This document shows, one piece after another, positions 18,874 to 28,580 of a stretch of 64,000 nucleotides of DNA. The notes beneath the pieces were generated by a model. That model ran no database searches. It was not told where the DNA came from and saw only the letters and a program-made list of their open reading frames with translations. The position numbers were made by a program, and so were the translations under genes. Every line of letters starts with the position of its first letter. Position 1 is the stretch's first letter. Source of the DNA: an uncultured delta proteobacterium (lineage in GTDB: Bacteria; Desulfobacterota; Desulfobacteria; Desulfobacterales; JAFDCJ01). The stretch is taken from contig CAVYNY010000020.1 in the NCBI GenBank assembly GCA_963769935.1, forward strand, positions 256,001 through 320,000. Direction: 5' to 3'.

Positions 18874-19529
18874 ATTTTGCCGGCAGGAAACGAGAGATAG
18901 CAGCAGTCATAAAATCTCTGAGGCAAAACCGCAACGTCGTTCTGACCGGCCGATACGGAGTGGGCCGCACAAGCCTGGTTAAACACATTGCCAGGCTTCA
19001 CTCGGCAACCTGGCAATTTCTGTTTGCCGATTTTTCCAAGACGGTTGCCCGATCCTGCAACGAGATGATCGGCCAATTGGCATCCGGAGGGAGCAAGGCG
19101 CAACAACATCAATATACGCGGCTGATGTATGCAAAGGAAATTCTTATGGAGAGAAAGGCGGCCGCGGATCTGCCGCGAGTGATCGTTTTGGACAATATCG
19201 GCAAACTCTCCCATTCCAAACTTGCTTTCCTCCGCGACATGCGGCTCGACAGCGACCTTCTTTTTATCGCCGTCGCCGAAAGTTTCCTGCCGGAGGCCGA
19301 TCTGTTCCGGTTGAGAGCGACTCTGTACCCTTCGGATGTGCTGGCACTTCACAACCTTAAACGTAAGGAGACAGTCGCCTTCTTCAGAACTTTTTCTCAG
19401 AGAAAGCGACTGGGATGGAGTGAAAGTTTCATTAAGATGCTGGCGGCCTCGACAGAAGGCTACGCGCTGCTGATGAAGGAAAGAGCCCAACGAGAGGCGG
19501 GCCTTACCGCGAATGGTAAGAACCTTTAA
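18870..19529 (+). CDS. Small P-loop/AAA-like protein with degenerate Walker A
   Basis: FAGRKREI, VVLTGRYGVGRTS, VIVLDN; ATGA overlap with MutS4B-like gene. Confidence 0.7.
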   Translation: MNFAGRKREIAAVIKSLRQNRNVVLTGRYGVGRTSLVKHIARLHSATWQFLFADFSKTVARSCNEMIGQLASGGSKAQQHQYTRLMYAKEILMERKAAADLPRVIVLDNIGKLSHSKLAFLRDMRLDSDLLFIAVAESFLPEADLFRLRATLYPSDVLALHNLKRKETVAFFRTFSQRKRLGWSESFIKMLAASTEGYALLMKERAQREAGLTANGKNL

Positions 19530-20674
19530 GTGAACGCCTTGTCCCATAACATATCCAGGAATTCTTTATAGGGCAAGATCTCTATGTTGCCGACTTTTCT
19601 TCTGCGCGGTTCCATGCTGACGCATACATATCGTCGTAATATTCCTTCCTCTGCCAGCATTCGCAAGGGTTTAATATCATTGGTAGATATGTTTTTTTTC
19701 GCTTTTATTTCCAAAGCGGTATGGTCATCAATGATAAAATCCACTTCAAAGCCGGAAGTAGATCGCCAATAGCTCAACCGACTGCCGGATATATAGTCAC
19801 TGAAGCATTTCAATTCATGCATCAGGTACGTCTCAAAAGCCTCACCGAATTCAGGTGTACCGACCTTGAACTCCCGATCCTGCAACACAGATACGACGCC
19901 AATGTCAAAAAAATAATATTTCGATGAAGCCAGTGGTTTCCTTTTCTTCGATTTGCGCCAGGCCGGCAATTCATAAAGAAGCAGTGTGTCTTTAAGAATA
20001 TCAAAATACTCATAAACAGTTGTTCTGGCCACCTGAGCGTCATTGGCAACGTTGGTAAAATTGACTATCGTGGCATTACATAGTGCTGCCACATGAAGGA
20101 ATCTGCTAAATGCGGGTATATTTCGGGTTGTCCCCTCAGCAAGAATTTCCTGCTGAAGATAAGAACCCGCATAGGCTTGCAGGTCGGCACGCGGGTCATC
20201 TGAAAAATAGATGGAAGGGATTAGGCCTCGTTCTATCGCCCTGAACAGGTCGAAGTGGCCATTCAACTCCTTGTATGTCAGGGGATGCAGGTATTTGGTT
20301 CGCGCCCTCCCACCCAACAAATTGACTCCTCCCCGTCTGAGTTTGCGTGCGCTTGATCCGGTAAGCAGGAAACGAATCCCGCGTGCTTCAATGAGCCGGT
20401 GAACTTCATTTAAAAGTTCCGGCAGTCTTTGTATTTCATCGATCACAACAATCCGGTCATTCGGTTGTATTTCTTCGGAAATACGCCCCGGATGACGACT
20501 TAGCGTCAGATAAATCTCCGAGTCGAGAAGATCATAGACGCGTGAATTCTCCAGTTTATGTCGAATTAAAAATGTTTTGCCTGTCTGGCGAGGTCCGAGC
20601 AGGAAATGCGACTTCTGGGCCAATAATGCATTTAAATCGACCAATCTTTCTATGTATGTAATGTTATCACTCAT
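19526..20674 (-). CDS. AAA_14 ATPase + DUF4143 (PD-(D/E)xK-like) protein
   Basis: GPRQTGKT, VIDEIQR, LTGSSAR, KYYFFDIG, YWRSTSGFEVDFII...ALEIK; start codon uncertain (20674 or 20701). Confidence 0.87.
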   Translation of the reverse strand: MSDNITYIERLVDLNALLAQKSHFLLGPRQTGKTFLIRHKLENSRVYDLLDSEIYLTLSRHPGRISEEIQPNDRIVVIDEIQRLPELLNEVHRLIEARGIRFLLTGSSARKLRRGGVNLLGGRARTKYLHPLTYKELNGHFDLFRAIERGLIPSIYFSDDPRADLQAYAGSYLQQEILAEGTTRNIPAFSRFLHVAALCNATIVNFTNVANDAQVARTTVYEYFDILKDTLLLYELPAWRKSKKRKPLASSKYYFFDIGVVSVLQDREFKVGTPEFGEAFETYLMHELKCFSDYISGSRLSYWRSTSGFEVDFIIDDHTALEIKAKKNISTNDIKPLRMLAEEGILRRYVCVSMEPRRRKVGNIEILPYKEFLDMLWDKAFT

Positions 20675-20797
20675 GGCATTTAATGACATATTATTCGTCA
20701 AATTTCATGACATATGACGAAATGTATGTCAATCATTATTACCCCCAATGGTCATTCTACCTTGAGTGTTTTATTTTTCAGGCGGACTAATAAACAT

Positions 20798-21574
20798 TTA
20801 GCCTAGTAAACGCCGCTGGATATCTCTTATGGTCATTATTTTTAAACCCGCATCATCTGCTAATTCAACCGTCCGCGCCAGGCGTCCGGATGCCGCGCGC
20901 CCCTTGCATTTGTGGGCCGGATCACCCTTGACCCCCTCCAGGAAGCCCTCAATCAGCCGATCACGGGCAAAGCTGGCGCCGGTTAAAAATTCCTGAATAT
21001 CAATAATCTCGTTTGCGATATCGCGGGCCAATTTCTGATGCTTTTGCCACAGTATCGATGTCGTAGTCCCTTCTTCCAGCACCAGACCGGCGATGTTGAT
21101 GGTAAACACAAATACATTTTTCAGCACCAATTCAAAAACCAGCTCATCTTTTGCGGCTAGAACTTTACAGGGAATATCGATTGTTGCCAGTGATTCGGCA
21201 ATAATTGCGGCATTGGGGCCATACACCGGTGAAGGCAGCAGCACATGATAGTCCATGCCTTTTTTTTTCTCGAACCAGACCGAAATAACGGTTGGGTTTG
21301 CGATGTCGTGCTTCTCCCAGTCGCGGGGCAGCAACTCGTTCTGCAGCAGGCCGAGACAGCTGCGCCATCGATCCGGGATGGTATCCATTACCGGGTGAAA
21401 ATCTTTTTCGGCAACCGCAACCAGCACAAGTTGAGGGGCCGGCAATTGATCCGCGACTTCAATCATATTCATGGCGCGGGTGACGGGATACACCGGATGA
21501 CCGCTTCGCAAAGATGCTTTGGCGAAGACGCCGCCGAGTTCGCCGATTCCAATGATGACGATGGGTGGGTTCAT
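20798..21574 (-). CDS. Rossmann-fold protein, distantly ketopantoate-reductase-like
   Basis: N-terminal IVIIGIGELGG dinucleotide-binding motif; function not assignable. Confidence 0.6.
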   Translation of the reverse strand: MNPPIVIIGIGELGGVFAKASLRSGHPVYPVTRAMNMIEVADQLPAPQLVLVAVAEKDFHPVMDTIPDRWRSCLGLLQNELLPRDWEKHDIANPTVISVWFEKKKGMDYHVLLPSPVYGPNAAIIAESLATIDIPCKVLAAKDELVFELVLKNVFVFTINIAGLVLEEGTTTSILWQKHQKLARDIANEIIDIQEFLTGASFARDRLIEGFLEGVKGDPAHKCKGRAASGRLARTVELADDAGLKIMTIRDIQRRLLG

Positions 21575-21758
21575 TTTCAGCTTTCTGGTTTGTTATGGGA
21601 CACCCCGCTGAAATAGGTTTCTTCGCATTTCACTGGGCAGGCCGATTTGCGCAGATTTTCACTGTTCCCATTTTATTCTCGATCCGAACGGGGCTGAATA
21701 TAGTTATTGCGGCGCCTGTGTGTCAAATTAAAAAATGATTCCGGTTACAAAGAAAGCC

Positions 21759-21919
21759 TAAGGGTTCACGAAAAAATTAATTCACAGTTTTGGCGTTGCG
21801 GCGCTCTTCCGGCAAGGCGCGAAAACACAGGAATATCTGGATATTCCGAGCTTTCGCAACGCAGCCGGAAGAGATGCCTCGGCGTATAAAATGTAAAGTT
21901 ATTTTTGAGTGAGCCCTAA
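21759..21919. repeat. ~160-bp long imperfect inverted repeat (MITE-like)
   Basis: TAAGGGTTCACGAAAAAATTAATTCACAGTTTT...CTCTTCCGGC pairs with GCCGGAAGAG...AAAATGTAAAGTTATTTTTGAGTGAGCCCTAA; inner GGAATATCTGGATATTCC palindrome; TA at both ends. Confidence 0.7.
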
Positions 21920-21940
21920 GTTAATATGAGATAAATTTTA

Positions 21941-21995
21941 GTGGAAGCGGCCTGCAGTCGCGCTATTTGATTTCGCGGCTGCAAGCCGCTCCCAC
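21941..21995. repeat. REP doublet (GTGG-type REPIN)
   Basis: GTGGAAGCGGCCTGCAGTCGCG ... CGCGGCTGCAAGCCGCTCCCAC inverted pair. Confidence 0.7.
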
Positions 21996-22077
21996 AATCC
22001 TTTTACTTGCTCTTTCTATATAACCAGAAAAATGATAATAGCCCAAATGATCGTAAATAAAATGGGGATCAACTGAT

Positions 22078-22740
22078 ATGTTGATCTGGGACGATATGTT
22101 GGCTCAGGCCGCTGAACTTAAATTTGAGCACGTTCCGAGCGATCATCCCCTGTGGGTCGTTTATTCTTCCGGAACCACCGGACTGCCGAAAGCCCTTGTG
22201 CATGGGCACGGCGGTATTCTGATTGAGTTCATGAAGTTTTCGAAACGGGTCAAAAGCGATGTTTTGCTGGGCTCTACCAGCGGCGGCACAGATCCGTGCA
22301 CCGGATTTCTAGGCAGCTGCCCCCTGCTGCCGGTAAGGGCCGGCGAGCTTCAATGCCGCTGCCTGGGCGTCAATGCCCGGGCCTTTGATGAAAACGGAAA
22401 CTCGCTTACCGACCAGGTCGGCGAGCTGGTCATTACCGAGCCCATGCCGTCCATGCCGCTTTGCCTCTGGAACGATCCTGCCAACAAACGCTACCATGAG
22501 AGTTATTTTGAAATGTATCCCGGCGTTTGGCGCCACGGGGATTGGGTAAAATTCACCTCCGGCGGCAGCGGCGTGATTCTCGGCCGGTCCGATTCAACCA
22601 TCAACCGATTGGGCGTTCGGATGGGCAGCAGTGAAATCTACGCGGTGCTGGGGGACCTGCCGGAGGTTGTCGGATTTGAAACCGCATTGTATCCGCTTTT
22701 ACCCTATTTGCTTGACAGTCCTGCCGGTAAATATTATTAA
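22078..22740 (+). pseudogene. Acetoacetyl-CoA synthetase remnant with internal deletion
   Basis: YSSGTTGLPK...HGHGG joined almost directly to STSGGTD, then PMPSMP, WRHGDW, GRSDSTINRLGVRMGSSEIY; only 220 aa. Confidence 0.8.
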
Positions 22741-22876
22741 TCAAAATCAACTATCTGATATTTGTGCGATTTTCGATCGGCGCACCGATGATTGGGAATC
22801 TGTAAAAAAGCCTGCTTTTTCTCTTCCTTTGCGGGCCGCCGCTTCAACCGCCTGCGCAGATTCTGAGGAATATCAA

Positions 22877-23479
22877 ATGGAGTCATTGATTGCCTGCCAT
22901 GAATGCGATTTGATTCACCGCGTCAAGCCGCTGCCTAAGAAAGGGGTCGCCAGCTGCATCCGCTGCGGATCCGTGCTTTACCGCCATAAACCCGACAGTT
23001 TGGAGCGCACGGTGTCGCTGTCGCTGGCCGGCTTGATATTGTTTCTGCTGGCCAACTGGTTCCCGTTTCTGGCCTTGAAGATGGGAAGCCAGGTTCATCA
23101 AACCAACCTGATTACGGGGATACAGGTTCTCTACACCCAGGGTATGCAGCCGGTTGCGATTCTGGTGTTTTGCACCACGATTCTGGCTCCCTTGACCCAA
23201 TTACTCGGCCTGCTGTATGTGCTTCTGCCCTTGCGGCATCGGCGCATACCTCCAAAATTTGCGCTGGTGTTTCGATTTGTGCGCAGCGTTCAACCCTGGA
23301 GCATGATGGAGGTTTTCATGGTGGGGATTCTGGTATCCGTCGTCAAGCTGGCCAAAATGGCCCAGATTGTGCCGGGCATCGCCATTTTTTCATTTTTTTG
23401 CCTTATCCTGGTGCTGGCCGCTGCGACGGTTTCGCTGGACCCGCACGAAATCTGGGAAAGATGGGAGAAGCTGCGATGA
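22877..23479 (+). CDS. pqiA: Paraquat-inducible protein A, N-terminal half
   Basis: ACHECD...CIRCG zinc-finger-like start, PWSMMEVF motif. Confidence 0.88.
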   Translation: MESLIACHECDLIHRVKPLPKKGVASCIRCGSVLYRHKPDSLERTVSLSLAGLILFLLANWFPFLALKMGSQVHQTNLITGIQVLYTQGMQPVAILVFCTTILAPLTQLLGLLYVLLPLRHRRIPPKFALVFRFVRSVQPWSMMEVFMVGILVSVVKLAKMAQIVPGIAIFSFFCLILVLAAATVSLDPHEIWERWEKLR

Positions 23480-24114
23480 ATTCCCTGCCCCTCACCGCGC
23501 GCAATGCATCCCGGATCAGCTGCCACAGCTGCCATCTGCTTTGCCGGGTCGGCTCTCCTTCAGCAGACGGGGTATTGATTTGTCCCCGTTGCGGAGCGAA
23601 GATGCATCAGCGCAAGCCCAACAGCCTGAAGCGAACGTGGGCGCTGGTCCTGGCGGCTGCCATTTTCTATATTCCTGCCAACCTGCTGCCCATTACCGTC
23701 GTCATATCCCTGGGCAAGGCTCAGGCGGATACGATCATGAGCGGTGTCATCTATTTTATTCACACCGGGATGTGGCCGATTGCGCTGGTCATTTTCGTGG
23801 CCAGCATTCTGGTGCCGGTGTTGAAGCTGATCATTCTGACGTTTCTGCTGATTACCGTGCAGCGGAAATCCGCCTGGCGGCCCAAAGACCGCACGCGGCT
23901 TTATCGGATCACCGAGGCGGTCGGCCGCTGGTCCATGACTGACATATATGTGGTCACGATTCTGGTGGCGCTTGTCAATTTAGGCAACCTGGCAACCATC
24001 CACGCCGGCCCGGGCGCGGCATTTTTTGCCGCGGTGGTCGTGATCACCATGTTTGCCGCCATGAGCTTTGACCCCCGACTGATATGGGATGCAAAGGAGA
24101 CCCTTGATGAGTGA
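23476..24114 (+). CDS. pqiA: Paraquat-inducible protein A, C-terminal half
   Basis: CHSCH...CPRCG, YIPANLLPI, GRWSMTDIYVV, FDPRLIWD; ATGA overlap. Confidence 0.88.
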   Translation: MNSLPLTARNASRISCHSCHLLCRVGSPSADGVLICPRCGAKMHQRKPNSLKRTWALVLAAAIFYIPANLLPITVVISLGKAQADTIMSGVIYFIHTGMWPIALVIFVASILVPVLKLIILTFLLITVQRKSAWRPKDRTRLYRITEAVGRWSMTDIYVVTILVALVNLGNLATIHAGPGAAFFAAVVVITMFAAMSFDPRLIWDAKETLDE

Positions 24115-25861
24115 AGAAGAAACGCGCAGCAACGAGGTTGACGAACTGCCCGATGCCGTTGTCTCAACCCGCCGGCGCCAGATTTCCATCGTATGGGTCG
24201 TCCCGCTGGTAGCCCTTCTCATCGGCGCCTGGCTGGTTTATAAGGCCGTATCGGAAAAAGGTCCGACCGTGACCATTGTATTTAAATCCGCCGAAGGGCT
24301 CGAAGCCGGCAAGACCAAGATCAAATTCAAGGACGTGGAACTCGGGCAGGTGTCGGAAATCAACCTCAGCCCGGACCTTTCCCATGTGGTGGTGACGGCG
24401 GCGCTCGTCAAGCAGGCCGATAACTTTTTGTCGGCCAACACCCGTTTCTGGGTGGTGCGCGCGCGAGTGGCCGCCGGCCAGGTTTCGGGCCTCGGCACGC
24501 TTTTTTCGGGCGCCTACATCGGCCTCGATCCCGGCCAACCGGGACCGATGGCCACCCACTTCGAAGGCCTGGAAATTCCGCCGCTGGTGACCACTGGTTT
24601 GCCCGGCCGGCGATTCGTTCTGGAGGCCTCCCGGCTGGGCTCGCTGGACATCGGGGCCCCGGTTTATTACCGGCAGATCAAGGTCGGCCAGGTGGTCGGA
24701 TACAACTTAAAAGAGGACGGCCAGGCGGTGGACGTTAAAATTTTCATCAATACGCCGATTGACAAGCTTGTGCACAAAAACACCCGGTTCTGGAATGCCA
24801 GTGGGCTGGATGTTGCGGTTGATGCGAATGGGATCCGGGTGAACACCGAATCCCTTGTGACCATTTTGATCGGCGGTATTGCCTTCGACACGCCGGTTAG
24901 CCTGGAGCCCGGCGGCCCAGCCAAGCCGGACGAAGTCTTTAAACTTTATGAAACCCATGAAAAAATCTACGAGAAAACCTATGCTGAAAAAACCCGCTGG
25001 CTGCTTCACTTCAAAGGCTCGGTCAGGGGGCTGACGGTGGGATCGCCGGTTGAATTTCGTGGCATCCATATCGGTCAGGTGCTGGACATCAACCTGGAGT
25101 ATAATGCTGAAGAGAAGTCTTTTCAAATCCCGGTCCTGGTCGAAATCGAGCCCGAAAGAATCAAAGTCATCGGTGATAGGGACTTGAGCGATCAAAAAAA
25201 AATGGACGAGTATCTCGTGGAGCAGGGGTTGCGGGCCCAGCTCAAAACCGGCAGTCTGATTACCGGACAGCTATTAGTGGAGCTTGATTTTCATCCGGAG
25301 GCACCGCCGGCCAAAATAAACTGGGAAGGCCGCTACCCGCAGATGCCAACCGTGCCGGCGCCTTTGGAAGAAATTACGACCAGTTTAACCCAGCTGTTAA
25401 ATAAATTTGAAAAGCTGCCCATCGAGCAGATCGGCAGCGACTTGCGGGATACGGTTCAGGGCGCCAAGCAGCTGGTGGCCTCAGCCGAATTGCAGGAAGC
25501 CGTTGCGGCCTTGAACCAAACCCTCAAGCAGGCGCAGCAATTTGCCGCCGCATTAAACCAGGTGGTTGCGCCCGACTTAAAATCTGCGGTTTCCAACTTG
25601 AATGAGACCCTCAAGCGCACCCGGATGCTGGCCCAGAACTTCGATGCCAGTGTCGTGCCGGAACTGGGAGCCACCCTGCAGGAAGCTCAGTCCACTTTGA
25701 AATCCATTAACGGTACCGTCAGCAAAGATTCACAGCTTTATTTTGAATTGCTGCGCGTTTTCAAGGAGCTTACCGAGGCCGCGCGTTCCATCCGCGTGAT
25801 GGCCGATTATCTCGAGCGACACCCGGATGCTCTGATCTATGGGAAAGGGAAAAGACCATGA
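24107..25861 (+). CDS. pqiB: PqiB MCE-domain intermembrane transport protein
   Basis: WVVPLVA anchor, three MCE repeats (AEGLEAGKT, GSLDIGAPVYYR, SVRGLTVGSPVEFRG), coiled tail ending YLERHPDALIYGK. Confidence 0.92.
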   Translation: MSEEETRSNEVDELPDAVVSTRRRQISIVWVVPLVALLIGAWLVYKAVSEKGPTVTIVFKSAEGLEAGKTKIKFKDVELGQVSEINLSPDLSHVVVTAALVKQADNFLSANTRFWVVRARVAAGQVSGLGTLFSGAYIGLDPGQPGPMATHFEGLEIPPLVTTGLPGRRFVLEASRLGSLDIGAPVYYRQIKVGQVVGYNLKEDGQAVDVKIFINTPIDKLVHKNTRFWNASGLDVAVDANGIRVNTESLVTILIGGIAFDTPVSLEPGGPAKPDEVFKLYETHEKIYEKTYAEKTRWLLHFKGSVRGLTVGSPVEFRGIHIGQVLDINLEYNAEEKSFQIPVLVEIEPERIKVIGDRDLSDQKKMDEYLVEQGLRAQLKTGSLITGQLLVELDFHPEAPPAKINWEGRYPQMPTVPAPLEEITTSLTQLLNKFEKLPIEQIGSDLRDTVQGAKQLVASAELQEAVAALNQTLKQAQQFAAALNQVVAPDLKSAVSNLNETLKRTRMLAQNFDASVVPELGATLQEAQSTLKSINGTVSKDSQLYFELLRVFKELTEAARSIRVMADYLERHPDALIYGKGKRP

Positions 25862-26481
25862 TGACCAAAGCCTGCCTTTCAAAAATCGGCCTTGCTACAT
25901 GTATGGCCATTTTTATCCTGACCGGATGCCGCAGCGCCACATCCCCGATTGAATTTTACGCCTTAACGCCGCTAATCGGTGCGCCGGAGGCCGATAAGGC
26001 GGCCGGCCTGGGGGATGGCGTTGCGGTGGGTGTCGGCCCCCTGCAGATGCCCAAAATTATCGACAGGCCGCAAATCGTCTCCCGTACGGGCCTCAATAGA
26101 ATCAATGTCGACGAATTCCACCGCTGGGCGGGTTCGATTTATGAGGATTTTCTGACAGTTTTGGCCCAGAATCTTTCCTCGCTGCTACAAAGCAACCTCG
26201 TGGCGGCTTATCCGTGGGAGGAATACTTTGATCCGGATTATCGAGTTTATATGGAAGTTAATCAATTTGACGGCCGGCTCGGAGAATATGCCCTATTGAA
26301 CGTCACCTGGACGATAACCGGCCGGCAACCCGGCGATGTCCTGCGGGTGCGAAATTCTGTGATCAAAGAAGCCGTGCAGTCAGCGGACTATGAAGACTTT
26401 GTGGCGGCCGAGAGCCGGATTCTGGCAGCTCTGAGTCGAGAGATGGCGCGCGAAATTATGGAGATACACGCGGGTAAGTAA
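25858..26481 (+). CDS. pqiC: PqiC lipoprotein (ABC_trans_aux)
   Basis: Lipobox LTGC, DRPQIV, EFHRWA, FDG motifs. Confidence 0.88.
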   Translation: MMTKACLSKIGLATCMAIFILTGCRSATSPIEFYALTPLIGAPEADKAAGLGDGVAVGVGPLQMPKIIDRPQIVSRTGLNRINVDEFHRWAGSIYEDFLTVLAQNLSSLLQSNLVAAYPWEEYFDPDYRVYMEVNQFDGRLGEYALLNVTWTITGRQPGDVLRVRNSVIKEAVQSADYEDFVAAESRILAALSREMAREIMEIHAGK

Positions 26482-26483
26482 CA

Positions 26484-26662
26484 GGTTCAGCGTTTAGGGG
26501 TTCAAGTGTCTCACCGCTGAGAACGCAGAGAGCGCGGAGATTAATTAAACTTTTCTTTCTCGGGGTTCTCTGCGTTGAACTACTATGTTTCTTATTTGAT
26601 CAGATCGGCCGTTGTTTTGGCCGGCGGTCCGCCTGAGGCGGAACACCTGAAACCCGAAACCT
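26484..26662. repeat. Cluster of nested short intergenic repeat elements
   Basis: GGTTCAGCGTTTAGGGGTTCAAGTGT vs ACACCTGAAACCCGAAACC arms enclosing CGCAGAGAGCGCGGAGA/TCTCGGGGTTCTCTGCG and CGGCC...GGCCG hairpins. Confidence 0.45.
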
Positions 26663-26734
26663 TTTATCTTTTATTAGGTTCCCGGCTGTCGAGCCTCCCA
26701 GTTTTTCAGTCTCCCGGCATTTTTTTGCCGAGGC

Positions 26735-27791
26735 TTAATTACCTCCAAATTCTTCCACCGCTTCAATGAAGGCGACGATGTTTGCGAAGGGCGCAAAATC
26801 AATGTCGTAGGCCGGCGCCAGCAGCAGGCCCTCCGGTCCTAAGGTTTGGATGCGGCGCCGCACTTCAGAGCGGATCTGATCCGGCGTGCCCCAGTCCCAC
26901 AGGCGCGCACTGCCCACCGTCCCCCATATCGCCAGCCGGTTACCGAATTCCCGTTTGATGGACGGCAGCATCCATGCAGTCCGGCTGCACGGGATTGATG
27001 ACATTAACGCCGATCTCCACCAGGTCGGGTATCAGGCGGGTAAAGTTGCCGTCGCAATGATAAAAGATCAACAAGTCGGGTGATTCTTCCCGGGCGATAT
27101 TGATAACCCGGGCCAACCGGTCTTTAAAATGCCGTCGCCAGGCGGCCGGACCGATCATCAAGCCGGTCGGCATGGCCACGTCATCATCCAGCAGCAGAAT
27201 GTCGACCCCGGCGCGGGCTAAAATGAGGGCGTTTTCAATCAGCATCGATGTCAGCTGGTCAAGCAGATAGTCAGCCAGTTCAGGGCGGTCCACCAGGTCG
27301 ATCATGAAATTTTCAAATCCCCGCAGGCGCCAGGCGGCTTCAAACAGTTCGCCGCCCAAATGGGGCGGCGAACCGGCCACGGCAAACCCCCGGGCATGCC
27401 AGCGCCGCACCTTTTTGGCGAGTCCGGCATGGCGGGACGGATTCGAGAGATTCGGCAGGACATATCTGGCCAGTTCCTTTAGCGAGCGGATGCTGCTGAG
27501 CGGGCGGGCGGCTCCCCTTTCCGGGTGATATTGCCATTCATGGTAGGTGCGAAGCTGAGCCGGGCTGCCCACATGGATGTCCTGCGGGCAGAGCGATCCA
27601 GATAGCGCCGGAAAGTCATCCTGGTTGTTGGGTGGGTCGAATTCGCGTAGCGGATGTCCAGATGTGAAATAATCTTCGGGAGCCGCCGGTGCGATGGCCG
27701 CCAGCGACTGGTCAAAAAATCCCAGCGCTTTCGGGATGCGGTCGGGTTTGCGGCAGAGCAGCGCCTCTCTCACACGTTCGCGGGCATTCAA
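26735..27791 (-). CDS. Uroporphyrinogen decarboxylase / MtaA-CmuA family protein, frameshifted
   Basis: MNARERV...KPDRIP, LRGFENFMIDL, LDDDVA, FYHCDGN, NPVQPDCMD; C-terminal WGTV...LLLAPAYD in a second frame (26735-27004). Confidence 0.8.
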
Positions 27792-27903
27792 AGATACCTC
27801 CCTGGGGGATGGAGATTAATCCCGTGACTGTTGACATATGGATCAAATGTTTCTTATATTGTACTTTTAATTGGAAATGTAAAGAGGAAAGGAGAGCAGA
27901 ATA

Positions 27904-28266
27904 ATGGCGCAAAATATAATGGAAATTGATGACAGCAGCTTTGAGTCCCGGGTGCTGCAGGCGGACAAACCGGTCCTGGTCGACTTTTGGGCTCCCTGGT
28001 GCGGGCCCTGCAAAGTCGTGGGTCCTATGATTGAAAAATTGGCCGAAAGTTACGGCGACCAGATCCTGTTTGCCAAATGCAACGCTGACGACAGCCAGGC
28101 AACTGCTGCAAAATACGGCATTAAATCCATTCCGACCCTTATGTTTTTCAAAGACGGCAGCGTCTGCGATAAAATAACCGGTTCGACAAATCAGGCCAAA
28201 ATCGAGGACGTGCTCAAAAAAATCCTGGCGGGTGAGCAAGGGGCATCACCGTTTATTGTACAATAG
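27904..28266 (+). CDS. trxA: Thioredoxin
   Basis: VDFWAPWCGPCK, IKSIPTL. Confidence 0.95.
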   Translation: MAQNIMEIDDSSFESRVLQADKPVLVDFWAPWCGPCKVVGPMIEKLAESYGDQILFAKCNADDSQATAAKYGIKSIPTLMFFKDGSVCDKITGSTNQAKIEDVLKKILAGEQGASPFIVQ

Positions 28267-28430
28267 GTTGTGCGCCTGCCGTTCCGCCGCCCTTCCCGGC
28301 TTGCCACGGGCGGATACAGTGATTAAGATAAATCTAATGATAAGGAGGTCAGAAAAATTTCGCTGACTCAACCCTTCCTGATTTAAATCCGAGGGCGTCA
28401 ACAATCTGTCCCGGAGGAAAGGAGGATATC

Positions 28431-28580
28431 ATGAAAAATAGCAATAAAGAGATCCGCAAACCGGATTACGGATGCGATAGTCGATGTGTACTTGAATATG
28501 TCGAATGCGTTGACCAAGAAGACGGGGCATCCATCTGCAAGACCCGCGAGCGAAACTGTCTCGGTGAATGTCCATTATAA
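28431..28580 (+). CDS. Unannotated 49-aa six-cysteine mini-protein
   Basis: AAGGAGG RBS, ATG 28431, MKNSNKEIRKPDYGCDSRCVLEYVECVDQEDGASICKTRERNCLGECPL-TAA. Confidence 0.7.
   Translation: MKNSNKEIRKPDYGCDSRCVLEYVECVDQEDGASICKTRERNCLGECPL

Noticed and set aside
1..19529. crcB/fluc or eriC fluoride exporter gene
   Set aside because: No ~125-aa ORF with the GFxGxxTTFS motif and no CLC signature found
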